DNA of 60,281 nucleotides, filler included, from Dimargaris cristalligena (GCA_003614675.1; 5 parts of 5 records of this genome joined end to end with filler, not necessarily neighbours in it), one strand, 5' to 3'. Shown: positions 24,398-39,458, counted from the whole stretch's first letter. The notes: a model not told the origin generated them from the letters alone. Made by a program: numbers and translations.

Positions 24398-26477
24398 CTA
24401 ATACCCGGGCATTTCATAAAGCACCACGCTACGGGAATCATCGTGCATGGCCAAATAACGACTATCATGGGCAAAGGCCGCATGGTTGACTCTTTGGGTG
24501 TCACCGGTGATCATGGGCCACCTCGCCAAAACGGAGCGAGTGGGCATATGGAACAACCGTAGGCCCATTTCCGCCGTCTCGCTATTGATTAGCAAAAACT
24601 GGCCATCGGAATTGAACTGCAAGTGGCTAATAGGGGTGGTTAAATTGTCGATGGTTTTCAGCGGCGTGGGACGGGCAGTGTGTTTGACCAGTTGGTGGTC
24701 GTAGATGTTGACCAAACCGGTTTCCGATCCAATAACGGAGTAGTGGTTACGGTCGGGGGAGAGGGCCAGGGTCGTGGGTTTGAAACCGCCCTGGTCGTGG
24801 AAGGTGTGTACCGTACGGAGCATCCGGACATCCCACACCAGGCAACGGGCGGCGGGGTCGAGGGCGTACAGGTAGTTGGAATCGTGGCTCCATTGCAAAT
24901 CCGTGGGAGTATGGTCCATTTTAAGACGATGGACGAGCGTCCGGGATTTGGGGCTAACCAGGCCAATATGACCCCCGCGGGCCGCGTACCCCATGAACCG
25001 GTTATCGGGGGAGATGCGAACCGAAGCGAAATTGCGGTCGTTATCGGCGAAATGGTTTTTGCAGGTCAGGATTTGGCCCGTGGGAATGTGGTACGAATAA
25101 TAGGTGCGGCGGTTAGCAATGGCAATGATTTCATCACCTGCCGGCGTGAAGTGGGCCTCCTGGAGGCGGTCCCCGGGGAATTTGATGTTTTGGATCAGGA
25201 CGTTACGCCGACCGTCAATATCGTAGAGTTGGAGGGTACCCTTGGACGTGGTGGTCATCAAAATGTGGGCCGTGGGGTGGAAGGCGATACTCTGCAGACG
25301 GCCCTCAGTAGCGGTAAAACGGGCTACTTCGGCCCGGCGCTTCGGGGAATACTTCGAAGGTTGAACGGCCAGTCGGGATCCGGAACCAGCCAGCAGGGGC
25401 TGGGTCGACCGGAAAATGGCGTCGGGGTCATCTTCAGTATCCGTGTCCTCATCCGAATCGCTGCCCTTCGCCTTTTTCACTTTCTTCGCCTGCGCCCGAG
25501 CCGGGGCTTGGGGCTCCGTTTGGGCCCAATCGGGCGTAGGATTAATTTGTTCGAATTTAGTCCGCAGCCGTCGTTGCAACTCCACTCCGTCCAAGTGAGT
25601 TTCCTCCGCCGTCTGGCGAACATGTCGGTCTAAACGCCGATTGATACCGACCACTTCCACCTCATCATCCTCATCCTGCCAGGCGGCGGCGGGGCCCTCC
25701 GTTTGGGCGGTGTTCAGCCAATCGGTCCGGTCAGCGGAATCAGACTCGTCGGGGTCCACGTATTCGAGAACAGGTACCGCCACCGTCACCTTGCGCTTTT
25801 GTTTGGGGATATCCATCACATCGAGACTGGCGGAATCGGCATTGTCGGCAAAGGGGTCGATATTAAGCGTACCCGCGGTGTCAATGGAAAAGCCGACCGG
25901 CCCGTCCGTGGACTGGTTGGCAAAGGGGTCGACGTTGAGCGTGCCCTCAGTGTCAATGGAAAAGCCGACCGAACCGTCCATGGGCTCGTCGGCACCGGTG
26001 TCGATAAAGAAATCCTGTGTATATGTGGGGAAAGGGGGCCATATGGAAGTGGCATGGTGGGTTAGCATTATATGGTCCACTAATTGGCTTATAAGAGCCA
26101 ATATAAATGAATTTTTATATATAGTTTAGTTGACGGGCTGAATCAAGGGAAAATATCAATACATTCTATCACGAATTAGTACTTACCGGGCCGGCATCTA
26201 TAGATTCCATGGCGGACTGCTGTGGCTCGTCCTCATCCTCATCCTCGTCCTCAGGGTCGCTTAATTCCACCTCTACATCCACCCACCGGGTTTGGGTTTC
26301 CCTTTCCATAGGGTCCTGCTCCGGTGGGGGGAGCTCGGTACCGAACAGCAGAGACTCGAGCACGGCCTCGGTGGCGGGGGTTTTCCCGGCACGGGGGGCC
26401 GTCCGAGGGGCCACCGTGTTGGCCGCCGGGGTGGGGGTTTTGCGGTTCCTGTGGAGGCGGGGAACAATCGGGGGCAT
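24398..26477 (-). CDS. UTP18: U3 snoRNA-associated protein 18 (WD40, SSU processome UTP-B), 2 exons
   Basis: Exon 1 26477-26187 (donor GTAAGT), exon 2 26014-24398 (acceptor CAG). UTP18 motifs AAWQDEDDE, RLRTKFEQINPTPDWA, SIAFHP, NLTTPISHLQFNSDGQFL, LRLFHMPTRSVLARWP. Confidence 0.92.
25847..25979 (-). repeat. 72-nt in-frame tandem duplication inside UTP18
   Basis: ggcaaaggggtcga...tgtcaatggaaaagccgaccg at 25847 and again at 25919; encodes DG(S/P)VGFSIDT(E/A)GTLN(V/I)DPFA twice. Confidence 0.92.
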
Positions 26478-27317
26478 AGTTGATATATATATATATATAT
26501 ATATTATTGGCACAGGCCGGGTCGAACGGGGTTGAATGAATGGGATTGAATTGGGCTACGCTAAGGTAGATTTCAAGGACCTATTTGAATCCCGGGGAAT
26601 TAAGAGGGGGCGTTGGCGATTGACGGCGTATCGCACAATAGAAGAGGAACTGTAATAAAAACGAGTAGGCAAAACCAAATAGCAGCAGAATGCCGGTATG
26701 GCTGAATGAGGGGAGAGTGACCAGGGTGGTGAACGAGGCTCAACTTTCAGTTCGCTAATTCGGTCTGGTTAAGGCTGGTAGTAGGTTTAGGGGAAATACA
26801 GTATTTAGACGCTACTAGCGCTTTGGTGAATTTTTTTGCTTTTTTTTTCCCCTTTAGAATACAGCATTTATAGTCTGGTCGAATAGTGAATCTCATATTC
26901 ACCAAAATGACTTTCGAAGTGCTTGGAGTGGAATTGGAGGATGAGAGAGACTCCAGTAGAAGCATCTCCCAATTATTGGTCACGTGCCGATTATTCCGCC
27001 GATGGTGTGTGTGTATGTGTAGTAGGCCTTATTATGATCCACTATCATCCGGTTAGGCCCAAAAAAGCGGCTGGGCGAAACTGCACCACAATGGGCGCTA
27101 CTCCGGATTTTTCGAACCCTCCACGAACGACTAATGTACGAATCAAGAGCCCTCCCTTCTTCTCCGGGTGACGTTTTTTCTACATTCCTATTGCAGCATA
27201 TATCCAACCTCCCTCTTATTGTTTTGTCGTTCTTTGGTTGCCCAAGTGTACAATCCAAGTCCTTTGAAGTTTATTACTATCCACCCACAACACCGTCCTT
27301 GTCCCAAAGTCTCCATC

Positions 27318-29505
<2,188 letters not shown>

Positions 29506-29808
29506 GTGTAACATCTCTCTTACTCATTGACAAGTAATATGTGCATACTACTCTGCGTCTTTGGGTATTTGGTACAACTATGAGTCCGTCCATCGAGGAA
29601 AGTGCTTACTGTGTTTTGGTGCAGCCCATTTTTAAAGTCTTTTATATATAATATTTGGAATAAAAACATAGCTGACAGGTGAAATATAACGCACACGATA
29701 TTGCCCACAGTAGAAGAGGACATAGGTGAAGTCGGTCGCCTATCCTGATCTGACATTTTGGGTTACAGTACCAATGGAGAGGGAGACACTTAGACCAGAA
29801 GGGTGGTA

Positions 29809-32004
29809 TTAACCGAAATTGACTTGCATGCCCTCCTCGCCACTTGGAATAAAGGAACTGACGATACGCTCGTTTTTGGCTTGGGCTAAATATAGTATCA
29901 TGGTTAATGGGGCCAGGTTGGACAGTGGTAGAGGAAATACAGCAAGCAGTGAACGCAAATAAAAAAAATCACAATTAGAATATGGGAGAAGTTCATTCAG
30001 GCTGTATAATGAAACATCCATTGGATGAGGCCCATATTACTGGTTAAAAGCTATCCTCACATATATTAGTCCATACACGTATTATGTACAACCTTATACA
30101 GCTGGTTTGAATTTCATCCATATGTTTGGGTGATTATGGAAATAGTGAATATGACGAAAAGCAGGTGATTCTTTGAAAAACCACTAAAATGCATCCTAAA
30201 TAATACGTAGCCAGAGCTAACTTACTTTCAGGGTCCACCACTAAACTTGCTCCGACCTCGCAGTCCTTAAGCTGGGCTTTGGCTTGGATCTTGGCGTTAT
30301 TGCAAATAACACAGCCGTCCAGTTTGGCGCTATAGAACCCATGGTGAATTAATCGGCCCCGAAAGGAGGTTAAAAAGGAGAGGTATAGTAAAATAAGCCT
30401 GCAATTAGTAACGATGATTATCAATGTTTCCGCTATCCGAGACGACGCCTTCCAGAAGTATGATGAATATAGGAACTGAAGAAATTGATCAAATCACTTA
30501 CCCGTCCTCTACCGTAATGTAGTCCATCAGTACGGAGTTGACAATCTTGACATTTTTACCAATCACGCAGTGGGCCCCAATGACGGATTTCTTGACGGAA
30601 GTGCGTTCATCAACCTTGGTGAGGTTGCCCACCATCGAATCGGCACCAATCTATAAGTGAAAAGTTCAGAATAGCAATCGATGTTGGTTAAGCGTTAAGG
30701 TTAGGTGGGTTAATAGTAAAGTGCGACCGTTTTTGGCGGTCGGTAACCAGACCACGACACTTCATAGAGAGGGGTATATTTAAAGGGGAACTTACCTGAG
30801 AGCGCGAGTTAATCTCGGCGGATTTGGCCACCCGGTCATCGGGGAAAAGCCTGGAGGCCTATATTCGGAATTCAGAGCGGATACATATACATACGAACAT
30901 GTTAAGAAACATACTAATACACTATTCATGCCATGTGTTAATGTGAATAGAGGGCCCCCCTCTCAGGTTGCTCCGAGTACCTAATCTAAAAACTGGTTCG
31001 CGTGAATAAAATAGTCGAGGTATGCTACTTACATGCTTATTCAAGTCGCAGTAGTGGGGCACGCTGTCTGCCCGGCCCATGAACCCGCTGGAAGCAATAT
31101 ACAAATTAACCCGCAGCTCCGGCTCCATCGGGTCATCCGCCACGGTGGTGGACCACTCGTGCACACTCTGGTTATACTTGTGCCGCTGGCGGGCGGCGTC
31201 CATGATAGCGGAAATCCCTTCGGTTTCCAGGAGCGAGGGCCGGCACTGGGCCCGCACCAACAAGGGAAGGACGTCCTTTTGGAAGCTGGTGAGTTCCTTC
31301 TTCTGCACAACCAAATCGAGGATCCATTTCTTACAAACGTAAATATGGGCGTCTTGCAGGTGGGTGACGAGGTTGAGGCGGGTAAATTTCCGGAGGAGTG
31401 GCATGCGCAGATTGAGAGCCTCCTTGACGCGGTCACCGGGTCGCATGTACAGCAGGCGTTGCTGGGTGGCATCCAAACCGACGTAGAGGGGCCACTCGGA
31501 ATCCTTCGTCGAACCGCCGCCACCCTCGGACTTGGGGGGTTCGTAAAACAGGGCGGTTAGGGCGGGGTTAGCGGACCGGTAGGAATCGAGGAACCGCTGG
31601 GGGTAGGCGGTCTGGGGGTTAGCCACGGCGTCACAGGGGAGCACAATGAAGTCCTGGAAAATGCGGGGGGCCAAATAACGGAGCACCTCGGCGGTACTGA
31701 AGTGCTCGTCGACGGTCACGATATCAATGTGGGCCGAGCCTTCGTAGACGTTGCGTAGGTAATGGGTCAGTTTGGCCTCCGACGATGAGCAAATGGCCAC
31801 GATTATGTTTTGGATGCCGGTGGCTTCGAGCCATTGCAGGGGGTAGGCGATCATGGGACGGTTGGCGATGGGCAGGAGGGCCTTGGGCAGGTTGTCGTCG
31901 GCAGCCAGGGGGTAGATATTACCCTGGTTGCCGGCCAGGATAATGGCCTGGAACTCGAGCACCACTTGGGGCTTGGCCGAGGTGGTCTGATCCAGGGAAA
32001 ACAT
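29809..32004 (-). CDS. GCD1: Translation initiation factor eIF2B gamma subunit, 5 exons
   Basis: Exons 32004-31033, 30858-30796, 30650-30502, 30329-30226, 29885-29809. Nucleotidyltransferase-like N-terminus FQAIILAG...PKALLPIANRPMI, DAHIY, and left-handed beta-helix repeats (IGADSMVG...SVKKSVIGAHCVIGKNVKIVNSVLMD). Confidence 0.92.
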
Positions 32005-32694
32005 GGCACAAAGGAGAGGGGAGGTGGTGGTTGAATGCCCAAAGAATAATATATATAAAAGGATAAAAGAACAGGTTATAGGAAAGGTCTCTCGCTTCGA
32101 GCTGAGTGAGGGGGATTGATAAAGAGTAGTATGCTATGCTTAACCACTCTGCCTCGGCTGTTTCCGTTTGAAGGATTCAGACAGGAATGTATGTAATGGG
32201 CCTTGGAAGGCTCCTCCATACAACTATTTAGAGTACAGTGTAGTAGTAGTTGCAGTTGCAATGGTGGTGTGGGTCACTTAACTACTTCCCGCCTCCATTT
32301 AGAGAGCATGGTGTGCATACAGCTAGGAATAACTACTACCACTACTACTAAAACCCAAAGGGGAAAAATGAGCCCGGCCTATAAAAGCGAAATATCCCGC
32401 TCGGCCAGTGCTTGGAGGCAGCGGTGACGAGGACTCCTCGACTGCGGCTCCTCAACGTACGCCATATACGCATACGGTCGTTGGAGGATATTTCTTGCTC
32501 TTCCTTCTACTCTCCCATTCATGGCTAAGCCCTCTCTTCCCCTTTAACCCTACTGGGATCCGCTCATTCATACAACCTTCCTGTTCATAACTAACGACCG
32601 ATTGCCCCGCGCCCGAGACCTCCTGGCACCGATACCCACGCCCTCTTTACCACCCACACTTACTTACCTTCCCAACAACTGCCCTCTTGGTGCC

Positions 32695-33282
32695 ATGTCA
32701 AGCAATGCCTTCCTACGTCTCTGGATTCGGGCCCGGGTGGCCGCCACTACCCCCCGGCCTCTTGCCCCGTTCACACCTAGTTTAACCTCCCCCCTAACCC
32801 GAGTTCAACCACTACGCCGGCCCGTCCAGTGGTTCACGACTAACAGTGGCGGCGGCGGCCCGACCCCAGCTTCAACCCCACCGCCCTCCTCGCTTATCCA
32901 ACGGACGATGCACTCCTTCCGCAACCTCACCCACAAATACGGCAAAGTAGCCACCATCGTTTACTTTGGCATATCCACCGTGGACCTCGGCCTCAGTATC
33001 TGGTTTGTCCACGCCGCCGGCCAGGAGCGGGTCATGGCCATCGAAAAGTGGATGCAAGAGAAGCTGGGCGACTGGGCCATTGTGGGGCGCCAACCCAGCC
33101 AGGTCGTGGAAGAGGAGTCCGCTTCGATGCAGGCCACGGGCCCCAGCTGGACCTCTACGGCCCTGATTGGATACAGTATCCATAAATTGCTGATGCCCGT
33201 GCGGATTCCGCTAACTATCATGATTACCCCATCGGTCGCGGCGAGATTCCACCGGCTTGGTTACTTTTTGCCTAAGAAATAA
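32695..33282 (+). CDS. FAM210/DUF1279 family mitochondrial membrane protein (NAT2-like)
   Basis: ATG at 32695 starts an Arg-rich, acid-free presequence-like region. Family motifs KYGKVATIVYFGISTVDLG and IGYSIHKLLMPVRIPLTIMITP. Confidence 0.85.
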   Translation: MSSNAFLRLWIRARVAATTPRPLAPFTPSLTSPLTRVQPLRRPVQWFTTNSGGGGPTPASTPPPSSLIQRTMHSFRNLTHKYGKVATIVYFGISTVDLGLSIWFVHAAGQERVMAIEKWMQEKLGDWAIVGRQPSQVVEEESASMQATGPSWTSTALIGYSIHKLLMPVRIPLTIMITPSVAARFHRLGYFLPKK

Positions 33283-33815
33283 ACGAGCGAGTCTTCGTCT
33301 TTGGTAATATACGGGAGAACTGGGGTGGTGATATATTGCTAAATGGCCACACCGCTCCTATACTTAACCATATTGCACTGGTGAAATGACCTTTCTTACT
33401 ATACTTGGATGTTTATCGTGATTTTCTTGATGAAAAATCAACCCAGTCAAATCAATCCTTACAACATCGGAGGAATAAAACAACTACCATTTACGTGTGG
33501 ACCATGTGCTTGGCCTGCTTAATTAATTCCAGCAGGAATAATACTGGTTTCTATTTGGGCATGGAGTTGATTAATTGAATTAAACGAAAGAGAGCCGTGC
33601 CTATAGTAGACGAAACGGGCTCTATAATTCCTCTGGGCAGGTCTCTATGCTCCCCCTCGTATTTCCCCCCTGGCAAAAGTTATTTTGAATATTCATTCTT
33701 TTATTTACTTCCGACGTAAAGCTTTTCCCTACTTGTCCATTCCACCCCCTTTTTTTTATTACCGCTTCTACTTTCCCCATTCCCGTAGTACTATTGTATT
33801 ACCTATCGCTAAACC

Positions 33816-35714
33816 ATGTCCGAGCCTAATCGTGAACTCCATCTCTACCAGCAGTTTCTCGATGAGCAGGTTGCGTTTGTCGACCAACCCTTCAATGTTC
33901 CGCGTGAATTCGCTGAACGCGACGACTCGCTTCCTTCCAAAGTGCTAGTAGGCTTTTCCCGTCGCTGTAAGTAATACATATTTCTACTTCAAATTCGACG
34001 TACACACATCCGTTCACGGCCCTTCTTCATACTCCCATGCTTAGCATGTGGGTCAGGATTCGCAACCGAATGCCCAACATGTCCCAAGCCCCAGTGTAAC
34101 GCCAAGTTCCTAAATAAGAATATTGGGTATAATAGGACTGACCTAGTCGCCGCAAATGTATACTATTAAACCAAATAATAACACCCCCTCCCATGTAGTA
34201 AATATCGAGTTGAAGAAGCGGTGCTTGGCCGCTTTCAATGAGCAGTCCCGGGCCCAGTTTTTCCGGCAAATCAAATACAACCAGCTTTATGCCCATTCAT
34301 CGGCGTCGACTATACCTGTCAAAGTGCCGACCAAAGATACGTTAAGGTAAAATGCAGTGGAGTATTTTATTCACGGTTTGTGCTTAATATCGGGGATGGA
34401 ATTCCGTCGTCCAGCTAGTTGAAGTTGACTTCGGATAAGGTCACCCGGATTAATGAAATGCACCAATTGTAATCCATCGTCCCTTAACTGTAATTAGCGG
34501 CGACTGGATTGAGACGTTTCCAGCCGAGTGGCCCGTGGATGAATCATCCGCGGTATCCACGCAGTTAATTAAACGGTAAGATCATTTACCCATCCGAATC
34601 GAATCGAAATGAATCCAAGCACTGTGCCCTGTTGCACTATTCCTTAGGGCATTTGTCCATTTTGGGACATGTTCTTTAAAGAATCCCCCCCTACGCACAT
34701 ACACTTCACCCCGGCATCTAATTCAGGAAAGTGTGTCTAGTTCAATTCGTCCGTCTGCACAGGTACACCACTCTGAGGGAACGCATGCTGCGTCTTCAAC
34801 TGTCCTTAAAGTACGCTCAAGACAAACATCGGCATTACAAGGTAAAATAACCAGGCCCGACCACGGCGCCCCGTGCATTTGGGTTTACCATCTACACTGC
34901 CCTTTATCCCTACACCATTCGCACCCAGTCTAGATCACTCTCTAACCAGTCCACCCCCCCCCACACCACCTTTTGTTATTGTGTGCGACGTTTCTGTTGT
35001 TAGACGCTTCATGAGACAAGTACATCGCTGGATGTGCCGACCATGGGGAAATATCTGGAAGTTCAAGCGAGTAAATGCCAAAATGAACTCCGTGACGTAA
35101 GGCTTGCAAGTAAGTACACTGCGTCTTTTGCATGGCAAGCCGTGTCTATACCCTTCCCCCAATCACTCTTTAACTCCCCTGATGCCAGTTATTATTAGCC
35201 AGCTCGATGCATCTGGTTCTCCGTTTAATATCCTTTACACTGCCTGCCCCATTAGGCGGTACTCAATTAGGCCGAGTAAACGCCAAGTCCACTTTCTTAT
35301 ATACTATTTGCATAATGCCACATCATCATCCCCCGGGACCATGCGAATCTCCTGCAACACTTCGACGCTCTCCTCTAAATATAGTGGCCCAATTATCCGC
35401 TATTATGAAAAAGAAAACACCGGCTATTAAGCGGCAAATAAGCAACCGGCAGGAACAACCTTCAGGTAAATATAGTGCATGGTTTCGTAAGAATGGTTTT
35501 TGCGCATGTTAGTCGAGTCTAGGCCTACGGAATTTAGTCCTCTCGGCTAAAATAAAGCCAAAGCCACCTATATGTTTACTGTTTTGCTTGACTATAGGAG
35601 GATTTTGCATGTCTAATATGTGTCGGATATGGCCAACTCTATTTCCCTATTTATGTTATTAATGTAGCTACCACGGCAAACAGCACCGTGCTCTCCATGC
35701 TGGACAAGGCTTAA
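33816..35714 (+). CDS. Fta4-like (Sim4/CCAN complex, Nkp1-related) kinetochore protein, 7 exons, 229 aa
   Basis: Exons 33816-33966, 34199-34346, 34498-34575, 34763-34841, 35004-35109, 35385-35465, 35668-35714; GT-AG junctions with consistent phases, 690 nt in total. Product QQFLDEQV..VDQPF..P...LPSKVL...LNIELKK...FNEQSRAQFFRQI...WIETFPAEWP...RYTTLRERM follows my recollection of the Fta4 pattern. Confidence 0.7.
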
Positions 35715-36142
35715 GAAGGGTTCCCCCAAACCCAAAATGTACATTTAGTTTTCCGAAATATTATCTATAAAATACCGGGATGTATTCCAATTTCCGTGGA
35801 TTCTCACTATAGCGACTGCTGGTGAGCAAGTTAATCCCATTGGAGTGGTTACGAATTTGGTCACGAACTGCCCAGTATGATGGACAGGTTTCATGTCAAG
35901 TGGTTGAATTCACACTGCCGTATATATAACATACTCTAGTGGCCATTTTCATTATAGTCTAAATCAAGCCACTGCTAAGTCATGTCGGGGAATTTGAGGA
36001 CTGGTTCGTTAGATTATAAGACTATATGATACTAGGGTACAATGTCTCCACTATCAACACCAACGTGCATTTTCATTAAAACGTTATTCACATTTATTAT
36101 AATGAATCCATGCACCTTTTTGCCAACCATTTAAGTTGGTTG

Positions 36143-36241
36143 NNNNNNNNNNNNNNNNNNNNNNNNNNNNNNNNNNNNNNNNNNNNTTAATTAATTAANN
36201 NNNNNNNNNNNNNNNNNNNNNNNNNNNNNNNNNNNNNNNNN
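36143..36241. other. Assembly gap with TTAATTAATTAA spacer
   Basis: N-run with spacer at 36187-36198. Confidence 0.97.
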
Positions 36242-38685
36242 NGGGGGGGGGGGGGGGGTTCCAATATTGACAAGAGAGGGGGGAATTGAACTATATACAA
36301 AAAGGTCTGGCTTATTGAACGTACCCTTTTACAGGTGTACTCTACACATAATTGGGCGAGACAGTCGTCGAACATCCACTACAGACACGATGTAAGGGCA
36401 TGACAGCGATTATTGGATACATGGATCTTCGACTTGAACTTATTCGATGACAGTTAATTCGCCAACGATGTACTACCGAAAATATAGGGCAGGGGAAATT
36501 GTGGAACTCTATCAAGCTGCTAATTGGCACCTCAGTATGGGCGGTATTCGACACAGCTCTATAGGAGTATGTATGAAACGAAGAGGGAAAGCACCCTTTC
36601 ACGCTAAACAGAATATCAGGTATATAGCCAGACAGGATGACACACATGTCGTGTATAGAAGGTAGTCTCTGACAGCAACCAGCCGCGTAATATAGGTGAG
36701 CGTAGAAAAGCATTGTTGAACAATTTAAGTTTTACTAAGGCCCCCTATTTCGATGTTTTTATAATGAGGGGGCATAGGAGATACGCGGAGAAATGTACTT
36801 TTTATACTTAAATGGATCGAGCCCCGCCTCTGGGTGTAACGGAGTCTGGACTTCAAATCCGAATGGGTTAATTGAGGGGATGTCAGTTCTATGGTTTGGA
36901 CAAGCCCAGTTCAACTATTGGGCCATTAAGCTGATGACCCTTCCCCGTTGTAAAGGCATATACAAAAAACCGGACATAGTCTCGTTTGTCATGGACGCAC
37001 TGACGTTAAAATGTAACCATGTGCCTGCGATTATAGGTCAACAATTTTCTTGGTACGCTTTGAGGTCGCCTAGTTATTGGGTACATATACTAAACCTCGC
37101 GACGTGGTCACTCCCTCTTCTCCCCCGCCACCGCATTAGGTCTGTTTGGGTGCGTACGTAAATATGTATTCGATCCCTTATGCGCATCGTAATAGACTGC
37201 ACTAGACCGAAAAAGGGACTGGTAGGAAACAGCCGAACAAAATGATTTGGGACGGTTGGTTGTTATCAAAACCAACCGCCCTCGCCCCCTTTTAGTACGG
37301 GAAAGACACCTTTCCTTAGGTATGCTACCCTATTGATAAACGCATACACTGCGCTCCCTAATACCCCTCTGGTTTGCCAGCTATAATACTATTTTTTTCG
37401 GCTGTGTGCAGTTGTCCCACCCCGAATCCCACTGCCTTAGTCTATAGGACGACTACTATTAGAGAAAACATAGCCAACAGGTCCAAATGGCCGGGTTAGG
37501 GGGAGGGGTTGGTACAATGACCAAGCTCAAAGTAGAGATTTGGTAAAGTAAAACTGCGCTCTAGGAATAATAATATCATAGCAAAGGGCCGGTGTGTCCT
37601 GCCTTTCGGCAAATATACTCGCTGTTGGGGCGTGAGAGAGATGTTCTCCCTGCTTTTGTTGTAATAGAAAATGCACCTCCCCTGTCATGAAATTCCATGT
37701 AGTAGGCGGGATAAATAGATCGATCATATAGGGGAATTTCGGGCACTAACGGGTCAGAAAACCGAATCGCCAAACCAGGCAGACTATCCCATAGTGGGTG
37801 TGTTTCCTTCTGGCACATTATAGGGGATGGTGCACGGTGGGTTGCTCCATACTCTTAAATACTCTTTAGGTAGATTTCCTGCACCTAATGGATTTGGTTG
37901 GGTTAGGGAATGTTAGAAAAGGTAGGCGTCATTGGGAACGGGTGAAGCACATGCAAATGAGAGAGATTATGTAAGTATAAGAGAACTTGGCACTACTGCC
38001 CTGGCAAATATAAAATATATTTCACTGGTCAACCCAGGAACGGGATGTGAAGCACGGCTGATTGGAACGAAATCTCTACTCAATTCCCCCAAAGGCCTTA
38101 TTATTCCTACCCACATTTAGCCACTCCACGGCGAATCTATTTACCAAGGCCTACGTTGGAATAGGGCAAGTGCATTTCTGTTGGCCATGTAGGGTGGTTC
38201 CGCGGGCCTATTGAAACTGCAGTAGATTTGTGCCACACACTCCATAGAAACACAGAGAAGGTGGGCCAACTGGTCATCGGAAAACCGAAAGGCCGACAAG
38301 CTGCGACAGTAAACATTTCTTCGCCACTTTTGGCTACTACTACTGAGCTGCCATATTTTCCTGTACCTTGAGGCACAACCCCTTGCTCTTTTATAGAAGG
38401 TGCTTGCTAAAATGAGTATTTATAAATAATTAATTTTAAGGCTGGCATGTATCATTGCCCCCATAGTTTATCCACTCTATAGCCAACATAGTCTCTCCCC
38501 TTAGAGGTAATTATTACAAGTATTATATTTTGGTTAACCTTAGTTAAATTTATTGTTACAAGCAGCAGGACGGCAATTTAAGTTAATGAATAGTTGGTTA
38601 GCTGGGGCGGGGGCCGGAGGACCCCCCGGTGGCCAAATCGGTGGTAGGAGGGGTGTTTTTGCTATATCCCACCACGGGTCATTTT

Positions 38686-38871
38686 TCACTTCGAGACCTG
38701 GTTGATACCAGTCACACCACGGTGGCGAAGGTGAGGGTCGGTCACGAGTTTGTAGGAGGCAGTAGAAATGCCCATGACTACGGCGAAACCAAGGGCACCC
38801 ATGAGGGGGTATACTTCAACCGGCAGATATTTGCGGATGTTGGCGAAGGTGCGAACAGCGGGGGCGGCCAT
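38686..38871 (-). CDS. NDUFA4/COXFA4 (B12D/MLRQ family)-like small single-pass mitochondrial protein
   Basis: 61 aa: PVEVYPLMGALGFAVVMG...YKLVTDPHLR matches the P-E-x-Y-P-L / TM / L-x-x-D-P pattern. Good start context (CAACATGG) and upstream TATAAATA at 39133-39140 on the minus strand. Confidence 0.75.
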   Translation of the reverse strand: MAAPAVRTFANIRKYLPVEVYPLMGALGFAVVMGISTASYKLVTDPHLRHRGVTGINQVSK

Positions 38872-39424
38872 GTTGATAATAGTAGTGTAGTTGAGGGGGG
38901 AGGAAGACTAAAAAGGGTGGCGGCGGGAGGCGTGTGGTATGTAGTGGTGGTGCAGGTGAGATTACGTTCGCAACAGCAAGCAAGATACAGCGGTAGATTT
39001 TAAATGGTAGAATAATATAACAGATGCTGGAGGCAAAGTGGAGATTATATAAAGGGTTTATAGTCGAGTAGGAGAGATGGAAGGAAGTGAAACCTGGTGA
39101 TGAATAAGTCCCATGTCCTTCAGAAAGGGTGGTATTTATAGCCAAAGGGGAGAGAGTGGGTCGTCGTTGTTGGTTTCACCGCCGAACCCAGTTACCACGG
39201 AATGTGGTTGCCGTAGTCTCTCTACTTTTCCTCCATATTGACATCATTTGAATTCATAGGGAGAGGTCTCAAACGAGGGGAAATGGAGTAGAGTGGACTG
39301 CTGCTGATCGAAGGGGGCAGGGGGAGGAGGATACCGCCTGCCGAACAGGGTTATCAATATAGAATTACACACCGCCGGCTGCCATCCGAGCCCTTCCGGA
39401 CCCTCTCCCTCATATTTCCCATTT

Positions 39425-39458
39425 ATTGGTGTGGCCAATCGGGTAAAACCCGGCCAAT
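39425..39458. promoter_or_regulatory. Cluster of three CCAAT boxes upstream of the NDUFA4-like gene
   Basis: ATTGG at 39425 and CCAAT at 39435 and 39454, the latter two within a repeated GGCCAATC. Confidence 0.4.

Noticed and set aside
24680-25633. 317-aa ORF antisense to UTP18, and similar antisense ORFs over the CBS, DnaJ, RVB1, GCD1 and ILV1 genes
   Set aside because: Shadow ORFs caused by GC-rich codon usage on the coding strand; no recognisable motifs.
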